DNA from: an uncultured Sphingopyxis sp.
Lineage (GTDB): Bacteria; Pseudomonadota; Alphaproteobacteria; Sphingomonadales; Sphingomonadaceae
Direction: 5' to 3'
Length of the DNA: 64,000 bases
Assembly: GCA_936933955.1 (NCBI GenBank)
Contig: CAKZIN010000093.1
Span: 23,425-87,424 of the forward strand
Shown here: positions 40,323 through 50,920 of the stretch, one piece after another
Numbering within the stretch: the stretch's first letter is position 1
How the letters are laid out: the number at the start of each line of letters is the position of its first letter
The notes under the pieces: generated by a model
Told to the model about the DNA's origin: nothing
The model's input: the letters and a program-made list of their open reading frames with translations, nothing else
Database searches by the model: none
Position numbers and translations under genes: made by a program

Positions 40323-41662
40323 GCCGCCGCCTGCTCGACCGCCGCGCAGATGCGATCGACGACCTGCGTCACCCGGTCGGCGTTGTCACCCTCCGCCATC
40401 ACGCGGATCACGGGTTCGGTGCCCGACGGGCGAATGACGATGCGACCGGCGCCCGCCAGCTCGTGCTCGCCGTCGGCGATGGCCAGCTTCACCGCCTCCG
40501 CGTCGAGAGGCTTGGCGCCCTTGGCGTAGCGGACGTTCTTAAGCAGCTGCGGCACCTTGTCGAACAGGTGGAGGAATTCGCTCGCGGGCTTGCCGCTGTC
40601 GATCAGCGCGGCGAGCAACTGCAGCGCGGCGATGGTGCCATCGCCGGTGGTGGCATGGTCGGAGAGGATCATGTGCCCCGACTGTTCCCCACCGACGTTG
40701 AAGCCGCCTTCGCGCATGCGTTCGAGCACGTAGCGGTCGCCGACCTTGGTCCGCTCGAGGGTCAGCCCCGCCGCCTCCAGCCGCCGTTCGAGGCCGAGGT
40801 TGGACATGACCGTCGCGACGATCCCGCCACCGCGCAGCCGTCCGTCAGCGGCCCAGGCGAGCCCAAGTGCGGCCATGATCTGATCGCCGTCGATGATCTC
40901 GCCCCGCTCGTCGGCGACGATCAGCCGGTCCGCGTCTCCGTCGAGTGCGATGCCGATGTCCGCACCGCTCGCCACCACCGTCTCGCACAGCGCCTGCGGG
41001 TGCGTGGAACCGCAGCGATCGTTGATGTTGGTGCCGTTGGGGGTGACCCCGATCGCCACCACCTCCGCGCCCAGCTCCCACAGTGCGGTCGGCGCGCTGT
41101 TGTAAGCGGCGCCATTGGCGCAATCGACGACGATCTTGAGCCCGTCGAGTCGCACCCGTTCCGGCAGGCTCGCCTTGACCGCGTGAATGTAGCGCCCGCG
41201 CGCGTCCTCGATCCGCCGCGCACGGCCGATGTTGCGCGGCTCGGCAAGTTGCGGGTCCACCTCCAGCAGCGCTTCGATGGCGAGCTCGTCGGCATCGGAC
41301 AGCTTGTAGCCGTCGGGGCCGAACAGCTTGATGCCATTATCGTGAAACGGGTTGTGGCTGGCGGAGATCATCACGCCCAAATCGGCACGCATCGATCGGG
41401 TAAGCAGTGCGACGGCGGGAGTCGGCATCGGCCCCACCTGCACCACGTCCATGCCGACCGCGGTGAACCCTGCGACCATAGCATTTTCGAGCATGTAGCC
41501 CGATAGCCGCGTGTCCTTGCCGATGACGACGCGATGCTTGTGATCGCCGCGCAGGAAGTGCGCGCCAGCCGCCATGCCAACCTTCATCGCGACATCGGCG
41601 GTCATCGGGCTCGCGTTGGTGAGGCCGCGGATACCGTCGGTGCCGAAGAAACGTCTAGCCAT
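40319..41662 (-). CDS. glmM: phosphoglucosamine mutase
   Basis: Internal [16 protein letters not shown]. Active-site Ser region [10 protein letters not shown]. About 447 aa. Confidence 0.9.
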   Translation of the reverse strand: MARRFFGTDGIRGLTNASPMTADVAMKVGMAAGAHFLRGDHKHRVVIGKDTRLSGYMLENAMVAGFTAVGMDVVQVGPMPTPAVALLTRSMRADLGVMISASHNPFHDNGIKLFGPDGYKLSDADELAIEALLEVDPQLAEPRNIGRARRIEDARGRYIHAVKASLPERVRLDGLKIVVDCANGAAYNSAPTALWELGAEVVAIGVTPNGTNINDRCGSTHPQALCETVVASGADIGIALDGDADRLIVADERGEIIDGDQIMAALGLAWAADGRLRGGGIVATVMSNLGLERRLEAAGLTLERTKVGDRYVLERMREGGFNVGGEQSGHMILSDHATTGDGTIAALQLLAALIDSGKPASEFLHLFDKVPQLLKNVRYAKGAKPLDAEAVKLAIADGEHELAGAGRIVIRPSGTEPVIRVMAEGDNADRVTQVVDRICAAVEQAAA

Positions 41663-41844
41663 GGGGTGGGGAAGCCTCTGGAGGAATGCGAGGTGCTTCG
41701 CATAGGGCGGCGGCGCGCGTGATGGAAGCCGGGGCGCGGCGAGAGAGCTTTGCAAAGCGCAACCCCCTGTGCCACCCGGCACGGGTGAACGCGCCCTCCC
41801 CATCGAGCCAGACCACCACTCCGTCGCACCTCCCCAAACAGCGG

Positions 41845-43107
41845 ATGGCGGTGCTGTTCGCGGTTATGCTGGTGGCGGCGGCGGGCAACACCGCGATGCA
41901 GTCGATCCTCCCGGCGCTCGGCACGCGGCTGGGGATCGCCGACGTACTCATCAGCCTCGCCTTCAGCTGGTCCGCGCTCCTGTGGATGATCACCGCTCCG
42001 CGCTGGGCGCGTGTGTCGGAGCGGCGCGGGCGCAAGGCGCTGATGGTCACCGGGATCAGCGGCTTTTCGGTGTCGATGCTGCTGTGCGGACTCGCGTTGT
42101 GGGCTGGGATCGAAGGGTGGATCGGGCCCGTCCTGACGTTCGTCCTTTTTTCGCTGTTCCGCAGCCTCTACGGCGGCTTCGGGTCCGCGGCGCCGCCGGC
42201 TGTGCAAGCCTATGTCGCCGCGCGCACCGATCCGGCGGAGCGCACCAAGGCGCTGAGCCTGGTCGCATCCTCCTTCGGCCTCGGCACGGTGATCGGCCCC
42301 ACGCTGGCGCCCTGGCTGATCCTGCCGGTGGTGGGGCTCTCAGGCCCGATGCTGATGTTCAGCCTGATCGGCGTGGCGGTGATCTTTGCTATTCGCTTGG
42401 GGCTGCCCGACGATACGCCGCGCTTCCCGGCGAGGGGCGTCACGCCTTACTACCCCGCCGCCGCCACCGCGGGCGCGGCGCAAACTCTGGGCGATGACGA
42501 AAGCGCGAGCGCTGAAACTCCCGAAGCAAAGCGCATATCCTGGTTCGACCCGCGCGTGCGGAACTGGTCGATCGTCGGCCTGGCGAGCGGGCACGCGCAG
42601 GCGATGACGTTGGGGGTGATCGGCTTCCTCGTGCTCGACCGGCTGGCCCTTCGTGCGACGCCCGAAGCTGCCGCCGCGCCGACCGGGCATGTTTTATGGG
42701 TGGGCGCGATCGCGACGCTGCTCAGCCAGTGGGGGCTTATCCCCATGCTAGCGCTGCGTCCCAAGGCGGCGGTGGTCGGCGGCGGGCTGGCGGCCGGCCT
42801 CGGCATCGCCGCGCTCGGCGTGGCGCGCACGCCTGAGAATATCGCGCTCGCCTTTGCGCTCGCCTCGCTCGGCTTCGGGCTGTTGCGGCCCGGGTTTACG
42901 AGCGGCGCGTCACTCTCGGTCCCGCGCAGCCAGCAAGGCGCCGTGGCCGGGCAAAACGCCTCCATCGCCGGCGCGAGCTACGTCGCCGCACCGGCGCTGG
43001 GCGTCCTCGCATACGGCGCGGCCCCGGTGACGACGTTCGTCGTCATCGGGGCGGCCACGATCCTCCTCGCGCTGTGGAGTGCCTGGGCGCTGAAAGACGT
43101 GGGGTAG
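41845..43107 (+). CDS. MFS transporter
   Basis: 12-TM-like hydrophobicity pattern. MFS motif-A-like [12 protein letters not shown] between TM2 and TM3. Confidence 0.7.
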   Translation: MAVLFAVMLVAAAGNTAMQSILPALGTRLGIADVLISLAFSWSALLWMITAPRWARVSERRGRKALMVTGISGFSVSMLLCGLALWAGIEGWIGPVLTFVLFSLFRSLYGGFGSAAPPAVQAYVAARTDPAERTKALSLVASSFGLGTVIGPTLAPWLILPVVGLSGPMLMFSLIGVAVIFAIRLGLPDDTPRFPARGVTPYYPAAATAGAAQTLGDDESASAETPEAKRISWFDPRVRNWSIVGLASGHAQAMTLGVIGFLVLDRLALRATPEAAAAPTGHVLWVGAIATLLSQWGLIPMLALRPKAAVVGGGLAAGLGIAALGVARTPENIALAFALASLGFGLLRPGFTSGASLSVPRSQQGAVAGQNASIAGASYVAAPALGVLAYGAAPVTTFVVIGAATILLALWSAWALKDVG

Positions 43108-43147
43108 GACCTCCCCCCGCCGTCGCGTTGCTCGGACCTGCTCCGAG

Positions 43148-45475
43148 CTACCCCTCCGCCTCTCCGCTCGCCGCGGCGGCGTGTTTGACTGAACGGAGCG
43201 GCGTTACCTGCCCCGGCATGACGAAGCCGATCGGGTTGAGCGACGCGGCGTTGCGTTTGATCTCGCCCGCGATCTTCTGATAATCCTTCTCCATCTCGGG
43301 CGTCACCGTCGCCCGTGCGTCCTCGAGCGCTTCGTCGAAGTCTGCGCGCGTCACCTCCTTCGCATCGAGCGACCGGCGCAGCGCGATCATGCCTGCGCGA
43401 CGTGACAAATCTTCGAGGTCCGCGCCGCTGAAGCGATCGGTGCGCGCTGCGATGTCGTCGAGGTTGACGTCGCTCGCCAGCGGCATGTCCGCGGTGTGGA
43501 TGCCAAGGATGCGCCGCCGCCCCGCTTGGTCGGGCACGCCAACGTAGATCATCTCGTCGAGCCGGCCCGGACGCAGCAGAGCGGGGTCGATAAGGTTGGG
43601 TCGGTTGGTGGCGCCGATCACCACCACCGCCTGCATCTCCTCGATCCCGTCCATCTCCGCGAGAAGGGTGTTGACGACGCGCTCGGTCGCTTGCGGTTCG
43701 CCCATGCTCCCCCCGCGCGCAGGAACCAGCGCGTCGAGTTCGTCGATAAAGATCACGCACGGCGCGACCTGGCGCGCGCGCGCAAACAGCCGGGCGATCT
43801 GCGCCTCACTCTCGCCATACCATTTGGAGAGGATGTCGCTCGATTTGACGGCGATGAAATTCGCCTCCGCCTCACGCGCCACCGCCTTGGCCAGCAGCGT
43901 CTTGCCCGTGCCGGGCGGCCCGTAGAGGAGGAAGCCCTTGGCGGGACGGATGCCCAGACGGCGAAACGCTTCCGGCGCCTTGAAGGGCAGCTCGACCCCC
44001 TCTTTGAGGCGGTTCATTGCCTCGTCGATGCCGCCGATATCCGCCCAGCGCACGGTCGGCATCTGCACCATCACCTCGCGCATCGCGGAGGGCGACACGC
44101 GCTTCAACGCGCCCACGAAATCGTCGCGCGTAACGGTCAGCGCTTCCAGGATTTCCGGTGGAATAGTCCCCGCGCTGAGGTCGAGCTGCGGCATGATGCG
44201 CCGCACTGCCTCGATCGCTGCCTCGCGCGTCAGCGCTGCGATATCCGCGCCGACAAACCCGTAGGTCGTGCGCGCGAGCTCGTCGATGTCGACGTCCTGC
44301 GCCAGCGGCATACCCCGCGTGTGGATGGAGAGTATCTCGCGCCGACCGCGTTCGTCGGGCACGCCGACGACGATCTCGCGATCGAAGCGGCCCGGTCGCC
44401 GCAGCGCCTCGTCGATCGCATCGGGACGGTTTGTGGCGGCGAGGACGACGAGATTGGCGCGCGGCTCGAGCCCGTCCATCAGCGTCAGCAACTGCGCGAC
44501 CAGCCGCTTCTCCGCCTCGCCGGAGATCTGCCCGCGCTTCGGCGCGAGGGCGTCGACCTCGTCGATGAAGATGATCGAGGGCGCATCGTTGGCCGCCTGC
44601 TCAAAGATGTCGCGCAGGCGCTTCTCAGACTCGCCGTAGGCCGAACCCATGATTTCCGGGCCATTGATGAGGAAGAAGCGCGCCTCACTCTCACTCGCGA
44701 CCGCGCGGGCAAGCCTCGTCTTGCCGGTGCCCGGCGGGCCGTAGAGCAGCAACCCGCGCGGCGGATCGACCCCCAACCGCTGGAACAGTTCCGGGTATCG
44801 CAGCGGCAGCTCGACCATCTCGCGCAACTGGTCGATGGTCTCGCCCATGCCGCCGATATCGTCGTAGGTGATGGTGCCGCGTGCGATCTCCGCCTGATCG
44901 ACCGCTTCGGGGAGCAGCTCCACCTCGGTATTCTCGTCGATGAACACCGCACCCTTGGGGTTGGTTGAGACCACGACCAGCCGGATTTCCTGCAGGGCAT
45001 AGGCCGGCGCCGCGAGCATCTGCGCAAGCTGCGGAGGCATGTCGGTCGGGCCGACGCGCTGCTGCCCGCGGGTCGCAATCACGTCCCCTTGCGTCAGCGG
45101 ACGTCGAAAGAAGCTGCGCTTGAGCCCATCCGACGGACCCGAGAGGCGGACGTTGTTCTGCGCAGGCGCAAAGCGGATCGACTTCGCGGGCTTCACCTCG
45201 GCGCGGCGGAGGATGATCTGATCGCCCGTTCCCGCCTGGGCGTTCGCGCGCTGCAGGCCGTCGAGGCGGACGACCTCGAGCCCCTCATCCTCATCATAGG
45301 GGCCGACCGCGACCGCCACGGTGGAGCGCTTGCCCATCAGCTCCACCGCCTCGCCTTCGCCGACGCCGAGCGCCGCCATTGCACGCCGCGGCATCCGCGC
45401 GAGCCCGCTGCCGAGGTCTTCGGGCCGCGCGTTCGCCACCTGCAACCGGATTTCGCCTGCCGCCAGTTCCGCCAT
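43148..45475 (-). CDS. CDC48/p97/VAT-like AAA+ ATPase (N-domain + two AAA modules)
   Basis: Two complete AAA cassettes (GPPGTGKT ... IIFIDEVDAL and GPPGTGKT ... VIFIDELDAL), each with second-region-of-homology arginines. N-terminal double-psi barrel-like domain. 775 aa. Confidence 0.8.
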   Translation of the reverse strand: MAELAAGEIRLQVANARPEDLGSGLARMPRRAMAALGVGEGEAVELMGKRSTVAVAVGPYDEDEGLEVVRLDGLQRANAQAGTGDQIILRRAEVKPAKSIRFAPAQNNVRLSGPSDGLKRSFFRRPLTQGDVIATRGQQRVGPTDMPPQLAQMLAAPAYALQEIRLVVVSTNPKGAVFIDENTEVELLPEAVDQAEIARGTITYDDIGGMGETIDQLREMVELPLRYPELFQRLGVDPPRGLLLYGPPGTGKTRLARAVASESEARFFLINGPEIMGSAYGESEKRLRDIFEQAANDAPSIIFIDEVDALAPKRGQISGEAEKRLVAQLLTLMDGLEPRANLVVLAATNRPDAIDEALRRPGRFDREIVVGVPDERGRREILSIHTRGMPLAQDVDIDELARTTYGFVGADIAALTREAAIEAVRRIMPQLDLSAGTIPPEILEALTVTRDDFVGALKRVSPSAMREVMVQMPTVRWADIGGIDEAMNRLKEGVELPFKAPEAFRRLGIRPAKGFLLYGPPGTGKTLLAKAVAREAEANFIAVKSSDILSKWYGESEAQIARLFARARQVAPCVIFIDELDALVPARGGSMGEPQATERVVNTLLAEMDGIEEMQAVVVIGATNRPNLIDPALLRPGRLDEMIYVGVPDQAGRRRILGIHTADMPLASDVNLDDIAARTDRFSGADLEDLSRRAGMIALRRSLDAKEVTRADFDEALEDARATVTPEMEKDYQKIAGEIKRNAASLNPIGFVMPGQVTPLRSVKHAAAASGEAEG

Positions 45476-45643
45476 GTAATCCTCATCGCCTCGTTGCAGA
45501 GGGCGCCGAGATAAGGGCTACGGCGCCCAAGTGCGAGTGCAGGGTTTCGCCGCCTTGCAAAATGCGCAACAAGGCCACGCCATCGGCCCGCCAGAGGCCG
45601 ACCCCTCAAGAGAGTGAACCCGATCGTGCCGACCGGCCGCCAC

Positions 45644-46516
45644 ATGCGCCGCCTTCCTCCGCTTTCGGGGCTTGAGGCGTTTGTCGCCGTTGCGGGAACG
45701 GGATCCGTGAAGGGCGCAGCTTCGGCACTGTCGCTGTCGATGCCGGCACTCTCGCGTCGGGTGCAGGGGCTCGAACGACACGTCGGCAGCGCGCTGTTCG
45801 AGCGAACCGGCGCCGGCATGCGTCTGACACCTGCGGGCGAACAGTTGCACGCCGCACTGGGCCCTGCGTTGGAGGCGCTGCAAGCGGCTGTAGAAAGCGT
45901 CGGCGGCGGCGCAGCGGTGCGGTTGCGGCTCAACGTCTTGCCGCTGTTCGCGCAGCAACGGCTGTTCCCTAAGCTGCCCGAATTGCGCGCGCTTCACCCG
46001 GACCTCCACATCGACATCGACACTGGCGGTTTGGGTGAGGCGCGGTTGGGGCGGGGGATCGACGCGGCGATCGTACTCGCCCGAGCGATCGACCCGGCGC
46101 TGCATTCGGTGCGGCTCGATCACGACCGCATCTACCCCATCGTCGCGACGCGCCTGCGTGATAGCGGAGCGATCCGCTCCCCGGCCGATCTCGCGCAGCA
46201 AACGGTGCTGATCCACCGGGAAATGCCCGAAACCTTTACCGAATGGGCGCGCGCGGTGGGTTACCCCGAACTTGAGCCCGCCTCCGTCGACATGTTCGAT
46301 TCGGGACCGTTGATGCTGGAAGCCGCCGCGCAAGGCGTCGGCGTTGCCTTCATGCACGGCCACCATATCGACGATGCCAACGACGGACGACTCTCGCGGC
46401 TGTTCGATTACGAGATCGACAGCCCGTACAGCTATTGGTTCATATGCCGTCCGCCCGCCCTGCGACGCCCCGCGGTCCGGCTCTTCCACGACTGGATCGT
46501 GAACGCGCGCCTTTGA
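45644..46516 (+). CDS. LysR-family transcriptional regulator
   Basis: N-terminal HTH LSGLEAFVAVAGTGSVKGAASALSLSMPALSRRVQGLE. About 290 aa with a periplasmic-binding-protein-like effector domain. Confidence 0.75.
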   Translation: MRRLPPLSGLEAFVAVAGTGSVKGAASALSLSMPALSRRVQGLERHVGSALFERTGAGMRLTPAGEQLHAALGPALEALQAAVESVGGGAAVRLRLNVLPLFAQQRLFPKLPELRALHPDLHIDIDTGGLGEARLGRGIDAAIVLARAIDPALHSVRLDHDRIYPIVATRLRDSGAIRSPADLAQQTVLIHREMPETFTEWARAVGYPELEPASVDMFDSGPLMLEAAAQGVGVAFMHGHHIDDANDGRLSRLFDYEIDSPYSYWFICRPPALRRPAVRLFHDWIVNARL

Positions 46517-46612
46517 CGGCGTTTATACTAACGTCGGCTCGGTAGCAGAAAAGGCTTGCGCCACCCGCGAACCCGCATGATATGTTATCTCATTACTCCT
46601 GATGAGGTCCCC

Positions 46613-48706
46613 GTGCGCTCTTCTTTTCCTCTTGTGTCCATTCTGGCGATCGTCGCCGCGACCCCGGCCATCGCTCAAGATGCGAGCACGCGTGCGGTGG
46701 ATGATGTGCACGCCGACCAGACCGACATCGTCGTTACCGCACCCTTCGGTCGGGCAGTAACGCAATTCGGCGCAGTCGAGGTGGTGCGCGCGGACGAGCT
46801 CGCCCGCGATCTCAAGCCGCAGATCGGCGACATACTCGCGCGGCAGCCGGGGATTAGCGCATCGAGCTTCACCCCCGGCGCGTCGCGTCCAGTGGTGCGC
46901 GGCTACGACGGCGAGCGTGTGCCGCTGCTGATCGACGGCATCGCCACCATCGACGCATCGGGTGCGAGCGCGGACCACGCCGTCGCGATCGATCCGCTTA
47001 CCGCCGAGCGCGTCGAGGTGGTGCGCGGTCCGGCGACGCTGCTTTACGCGCCTGCGGCGGTGGGGGGCGCGGTCAACGTGCTCGAACGCCGCATCCCCCG
47101 CCGCGTGCCCGACGAGCGGGTCCACGTCGATGCACTCGCCAGCTTTGCGAGCGTCAACGAGGCGAAGTCGCTCGGCGGCTCGCTCGACGTGCCGCTTGGC
47201 AGCGGAATCGTCGCCCATGCCGACGCGGGCTGGCTCGACGCCGGGGATCAGCGCATCGGCGGCTACCAGCTCGCCGCGCCGCTGCGCGCGCAGGTGGCGG
47301 CGCTGGCGGCCGAAGTTGCCGCGGAGGGCCATCTCGACGAGGCGGCGGAGCTCACCGACCTCGCCAATCGTCGCGGGCGGGTCCTCAACAGCGGCATCTC
47401 CAACTGGTCGGTCGCGGGCGGGCTGTCGGTAATCAACGATGGTGGATCGCTCGGCGTGTCGCTGGCGCGGCTGTCGAGCGATTACGGCGTCCCCTCTCGC
47501 CCGCCGGTAGAGCATGACCACATCGGCCACGATCATCACGGGGACGTTACCATCGCTGCGCGCCAATGGCGGGCAGATGCTCGGGGCGAAGTGAAGCTGG
47601 GCGGCGGGATGTTCGACGCGCTACGCGTCCGCGCCGGCTATGGCGACTATGGGCACACCGAGTTCGAGGGCGAAGAGGTCGGCACGCGCTTCCTCAACCG
47701 CGGCGTCGAACTACGCACGGAACTGGTGCAGGCCAACCGCGGCGGTTGGCGCGGCGCGAGCGGGGCGCAATACTCCGCGCACCGTTTCGACGCGCTCGGC
47801 GACGAGGCATTTCTGCCGGGCAACGACAGCCGCACGCTCGCGCTGTTCACTCTTCAGGAATATCGCGTCGGTGCGCTCGACATCGAAGGCGCACTTCGTT
47901 GGGAGCGGCACAGCATCGACGCCCAGAGCGTCGGCTACGCCTCCGAACGCTCGACGCTGTCGGGTGGGTTTAGCGTCGCGGTAGACCTTTCCGACAGCCT
48001 GCGCGTCGGTGGCCATGTCATGCGCACCAGCCGGGCGCCGAGCGCCGAGGAGCTGCTTTCGAACGGCCCACATGCCGCGACGCAAAGCTATGAAATCGGC
48101 GACCCGACACTCGCCACCGAACGAGCCTGGAGCTTCGAGCTGTTCGCGCGGCTGCGTCGCGGGGATGTGAGCGTCAACCTCACCGGCTTTCACGACCGCT
48201 ATGACAGCTTCACCTACCGCAACGCCACTACCGAGGTTGAGGACGGTCTGCCTGTGTTCCGCTACACCCAGGCGCCCGCACGCATCTGGGGCGCGGAGGC
48301 GAGCGCCACGCTTCCCCTGTGGCGCCGCGATGCCAATGCGCTGACGGCGGAGCTTTCCGCCGATTACGTTCGTGCGACCTTTGCGAGCGGTGGCAACCTC
48401 CCGCGCATCCCGCCTGCACGTCTACGTGGGGGGCTTGCTTGGGAGGCCGGACCCGTCACCTTGCGCGGAGAGGTCGAGCATAATGTCGCCCAGCGCGACA
48501 TCGCCGCGGCGGAAACCCCAACCGACGCCTTTACGCTGGTCGGGCTGTCGGCCAGCTGGAAGCCTGCGGCGCTGCGGGGGGTTACCCTTATCGCATCGGT
48601 CGAAAATCTGGTCGACGTCGAAGCGCGCCGGCACGCGAGCTTTACCAAGGACTATGTCCCGCTGGGCGGGCGGGACCTGCGAGTCACAGCACGGCTCAGC
48701 TTTTAG
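46613..48706 (+). CDS. TonB-dependent outer-membrane receptor with a His-rich segment
   Basis: Signal peptide. Plug-domain motifs (VVVTA...RVEVVRGP). C-terminal beta-barrel ending ...RVTARLSF. Internal VEHDHIGHDHHGD cluster. GTG start chosen; the upstream TTG at 46556 or ATG at 46577 is also possible. Confidence 0.8.
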   Translation: MRSSFPLVSILAIVAATPAIAQDASTRAVDDVHADQTDIVVTAPFGRAVTQFGAVEVVRADELARDLKPQIGDILARQPGISASSFTPGASRPVVRGYDGERVPLLIDGIATIDASGASADHAVAIDPLTAERVEVVRGPATLLYAPAAVGGAVNVLERRIPRRVPDERVHVDALASFASVNEAKSLGGSLDVPLGSGIVAHADAGWLDAGDQRIGGYQLAAPLRAQVAALAAEVAAEGHLDEAAELTDLANRRGRVLNSGISNWSVAGGLSVINDGGSLGVSLARLSSDYGVPSRPPVEHDHIGHDHHGDVTIAARQWRADARGEVKLGGGMFDALRVRAGYGDYGHTEFEGEEVGTRFLNRGVELRTELVQANRGGWRGASGAQYSAHRFDALGDEAFLPGNDSRTLALFTLQEYRVGALDIEGALRWERHSIDAQSVGYASERSTLSGGFSVAVDLSDSLRVGGHVMRTSRAPSAEELLSNGPHAATQSYEIGDPTLATERAWSFELFARLRRGDVSVNLTGFHDRYDSFTYRNATTEVEDGLPVFRYTQAPARIWGAEASATLPLWRRDANALTAELSADYVRATFASGGNLPRIPPARLRGGLAWEAGPVTLRGEVEHNVAQRDIAAAETPTDAFTLVGLSASWKPAALRGVTLIASVENLVDVEARRHASFTKDYVPLGGRDLRVTARLSF

Positions 48707-50556
48707 GTGTCGGCTTCGACCCTCGCGAGCAGAGCGTCGACCTGAACCTGGGCCCCGGCGGTGGCGGCGAGTTCCGCCACCACTCCGTCAAACGGTGCGG
48801 TCAGGCTATGCTCCATCTTCATCGCTTCGAGCGTCAGCAGCTTGTCCCCCTTCGCGACGCGCTGACCTTGTTCGACCTCGACCGCGATGATTTTGCCCGG
48901 CATCGGCGCGACGACCGCGCCGTCGCCGGCGGCATGCGCCCCCTGCCCGCGCGGCGGCAGGGTGGTGAAAAGGCGACTGTGTCCGCGATCGGCAACGACC
49001 ACGTGGTCCTGGTCAATCTGCGCCGCAATCCCCCGCCCACTCGCGAGCAAATCGCCGCGCACCTCGATCCCGTCGTGCCACAGCGGGATGCGCGTTTCGG
49101 GCGCACGATTGAGGCGGAAGCCGACCGGCGAGCCAACCCGCGCCGCGCGGAACAGGGCAGCGGCGCTGTCACTGGCCTCCGCGCTCGGCTCGGCAGGGGG
49201 AATCAGCGCATCGCCGCGTTCGGCGATGAGACCGGTGTGAACGTCTCCCGCGACAAAAGCCTCATCCTCAAGGCAGCGCGCAAGAAAGCCCTGGTTGGTG
49301 CGCAACGGCGCCACCAGCACATCGTCGAGCGCCGCGACGAGACCGCGCCGCGCCCCATCCCGGCTGTCGCCATGGACGATCAACTTGGCGATCATCGGGT
49401 CGTAATAGGGCGTCACCGCGTCGCCCTCCTCGACCCCGGTATCGACCCGCGCCAACGGCGACAGGTGTAGCGCCTCGAGCGTACCGGTGGCGGGCAGGAA
49501 CCCCCTGGCGGGATCCTCCGCATAGAGCCGCGCCTCGATCGCATGGCCGTTGATCGCCAGCTCATCCTGACGGAGCGGTAACGGCTCGCCGCTCGCCACT
49601 CGAAGTTGCCATTCGACGAGGTCGACGCCGGTGATCGCCTCGGTCACCGGGTGTTCGACCTGAAGCCGCGTGTTCATCTCCATGAACCAGATGCGGTCGG
49701 CGCGCAGGCTTTCGCTCGCATCGGCGATGAATTCGATCGTGCCGGCGCCGACATAGTCGACCGCGCGCCCGGCGTTGACGGCAGCGGTACACACTGCCGC
49801 GCGCGTCGCAGCGTCCATCCCCGGCGCCGGCGCTTCCTCGATCACCTTTTGGTGCCGACGCTGAAGCGAGCAGTCGCGCTCGAACAGGTGGACGATGTTG
49901 CCGTGCTTGTCGCCGAACAGCTGCACTTCGATGTGGCGTGGGCGCTCGATATATTTCTCGATCAGCACCACGTCGTTGCCGAACGAGGCCGCCGCCTCGC
50001 GCTGGCACGAGGCGAGCGCATCGGCGAACGCATCCGCGCTCTCGACCAGCCGCATGCCCTTGCCGCCGCCGCCCGCGACCGCCTTGATCAGCACCGGAAA
50101 GCCGATCTCCGCCGCCCGCTCGGCGAGGAATGCCGGGTCCTGATTGTCGCCCTGATAGCCAGGCGTGACCGGCACGCCAGCGTCCGCCATCAGCCTCTTT
50201 GCCGCGTCCTTGAGGCCCATGGCGGTGATGCTGGAGGGGTTGGGACCGACCCAGATCAGCCCCGCGTCCATCACCGCCTGAGCGAATTCGGCGTTCTCGG
50301 AGAGGAAGCCGTAGCCGGGATGGATCGCCTGCGCGCCGGTCTCCCTCGCCGCCGCAATAATCCGCTCGCCGACAAGGTAGCTTTCCCGCGCCGCAGCCGG
50401 ACCGATATGCACCGCGCGATCAGCCTCCCGCACGTGCAGCGCACCGGCGTCCGCATCCGAGTATACTGCGACGGTTGCGATCCCGAGCCGACGCGCGGTG
50501 CGCATGATCCGACACGCGATCTCGCCACGATTGGCAATGAGGAGGGAGGTAATCAT
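48703..50556 (-). CDS. mccA: methylcrotonyl-CoA carboxylase alpha subunit (biotin carboxylase + BCCP domains)
   Basis: Biotin carboxylase ATP-grasp N-terminus (MITSLLIANRGEIACRIMRTARRLGI). C-terminal biotinyl domain EAMKME. Sits in a leucine-catabolic context. Confidence 0.8.
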   Translation of the reverse strand: MITSLLIANRGEIACRIMRTARRLGIATVAVYSDADAGALHVREADRAVHIGPAAARESYLVGERIIAAARETGAQAIHPGYGFLSENAEFAQAVMDAGLIWVGPNPSSITAMGLKDAAKRLMADAGVPVTPGYQGDNQDPAFLAERAAEIGFPVLIKAVAGGGGKGMRLVESADAFADALASCQREAAASFGNDVVLIEKYIERPRHIEVQLFGDKHGNIVHLFERDCSLQRRHQKVIEEAPAPGMDAATRAAVCTAAVNAGRAVDYVGAGTIEFIADASESLRADRIWFMEMNTRLQVEHPVTEAITGVDLVEWQLRVASGEPLPLRQDELAINGHAIEARLYAEDPARGFLPATGTLEALHLSPLARVDTGVEEGDAVTPYYDPMIAKLIVHGDSRDGARRGLVAALDDVLVAPLRTNQGFLARCLEDEAFVAGDVHTGLIAERGDALIPPAEPSAEASDSAAALFRAARVGSPVGFRLNRAPETRIPLWHDGIEVRGDLLASGRGIAAQIDQDHVVVADRGHSRLFTTLPPRGQGAHAAGDGAVVAPMPGKIIAVEVEQGQRVAKGDKLLTLEAMKMEHSLTAPFDGVVAELAATAGAQVQVDALLARVEADT

Positions 50557-50561
50557 CGAGC

Positions 50562-50912
50562 CTAAGCTCCTAAACGGCGCGGGAAGCCGTGCCGCGAATG
50601 AAGCGCGTCGAGCAGGGCATTGATGTCGGTCGCGAAGGCGCGACCGTCGTGATGCGCATCGGCTTCGCCATCATCGTCACCGTCGGCGAACATGAGCAGC
50701 GGCAAGTTCTGCAACCCCTCTCCCGCCACCGCCACCACGGCCTCACGCGGGCGAGGATAGGGCACGCGCACCACGTCGAGATTTGAAGCGCGCTCCGGAA
50801 ATGCAGCGAGCAAGCCTTCGACGATAAGGCAGTCCTTACAGAATCTTTCGCCCCCCTCCCCCGCAGGGTCAGGGATGGCGGCGTCGAGCAGGAATAAGGT
50901 GTCTTTGGTCAT
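50562..50912 (-). CDS. DUF3088-family protein
   Basis: Internal ATG MTKDTLFLLDAAIPDPAGEGGERFCKDCLIVEGLLAAFPE. Family assignment from memory; positioned between mccB and mccA. Confidence 0.45.
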   Translation of the reverse strand: MTKDTLFLLDAAIPDPAGEGGERFCKDCLIVEGLLAAFPERASNLDVVRVPYPRPREAVVAVAGEGLQNLPLLMFADGDDDGEADAHHDGRAFATDINALLDALHSRHGFPRRLGA

Positions 50913-50920
50913 CGATCCGC

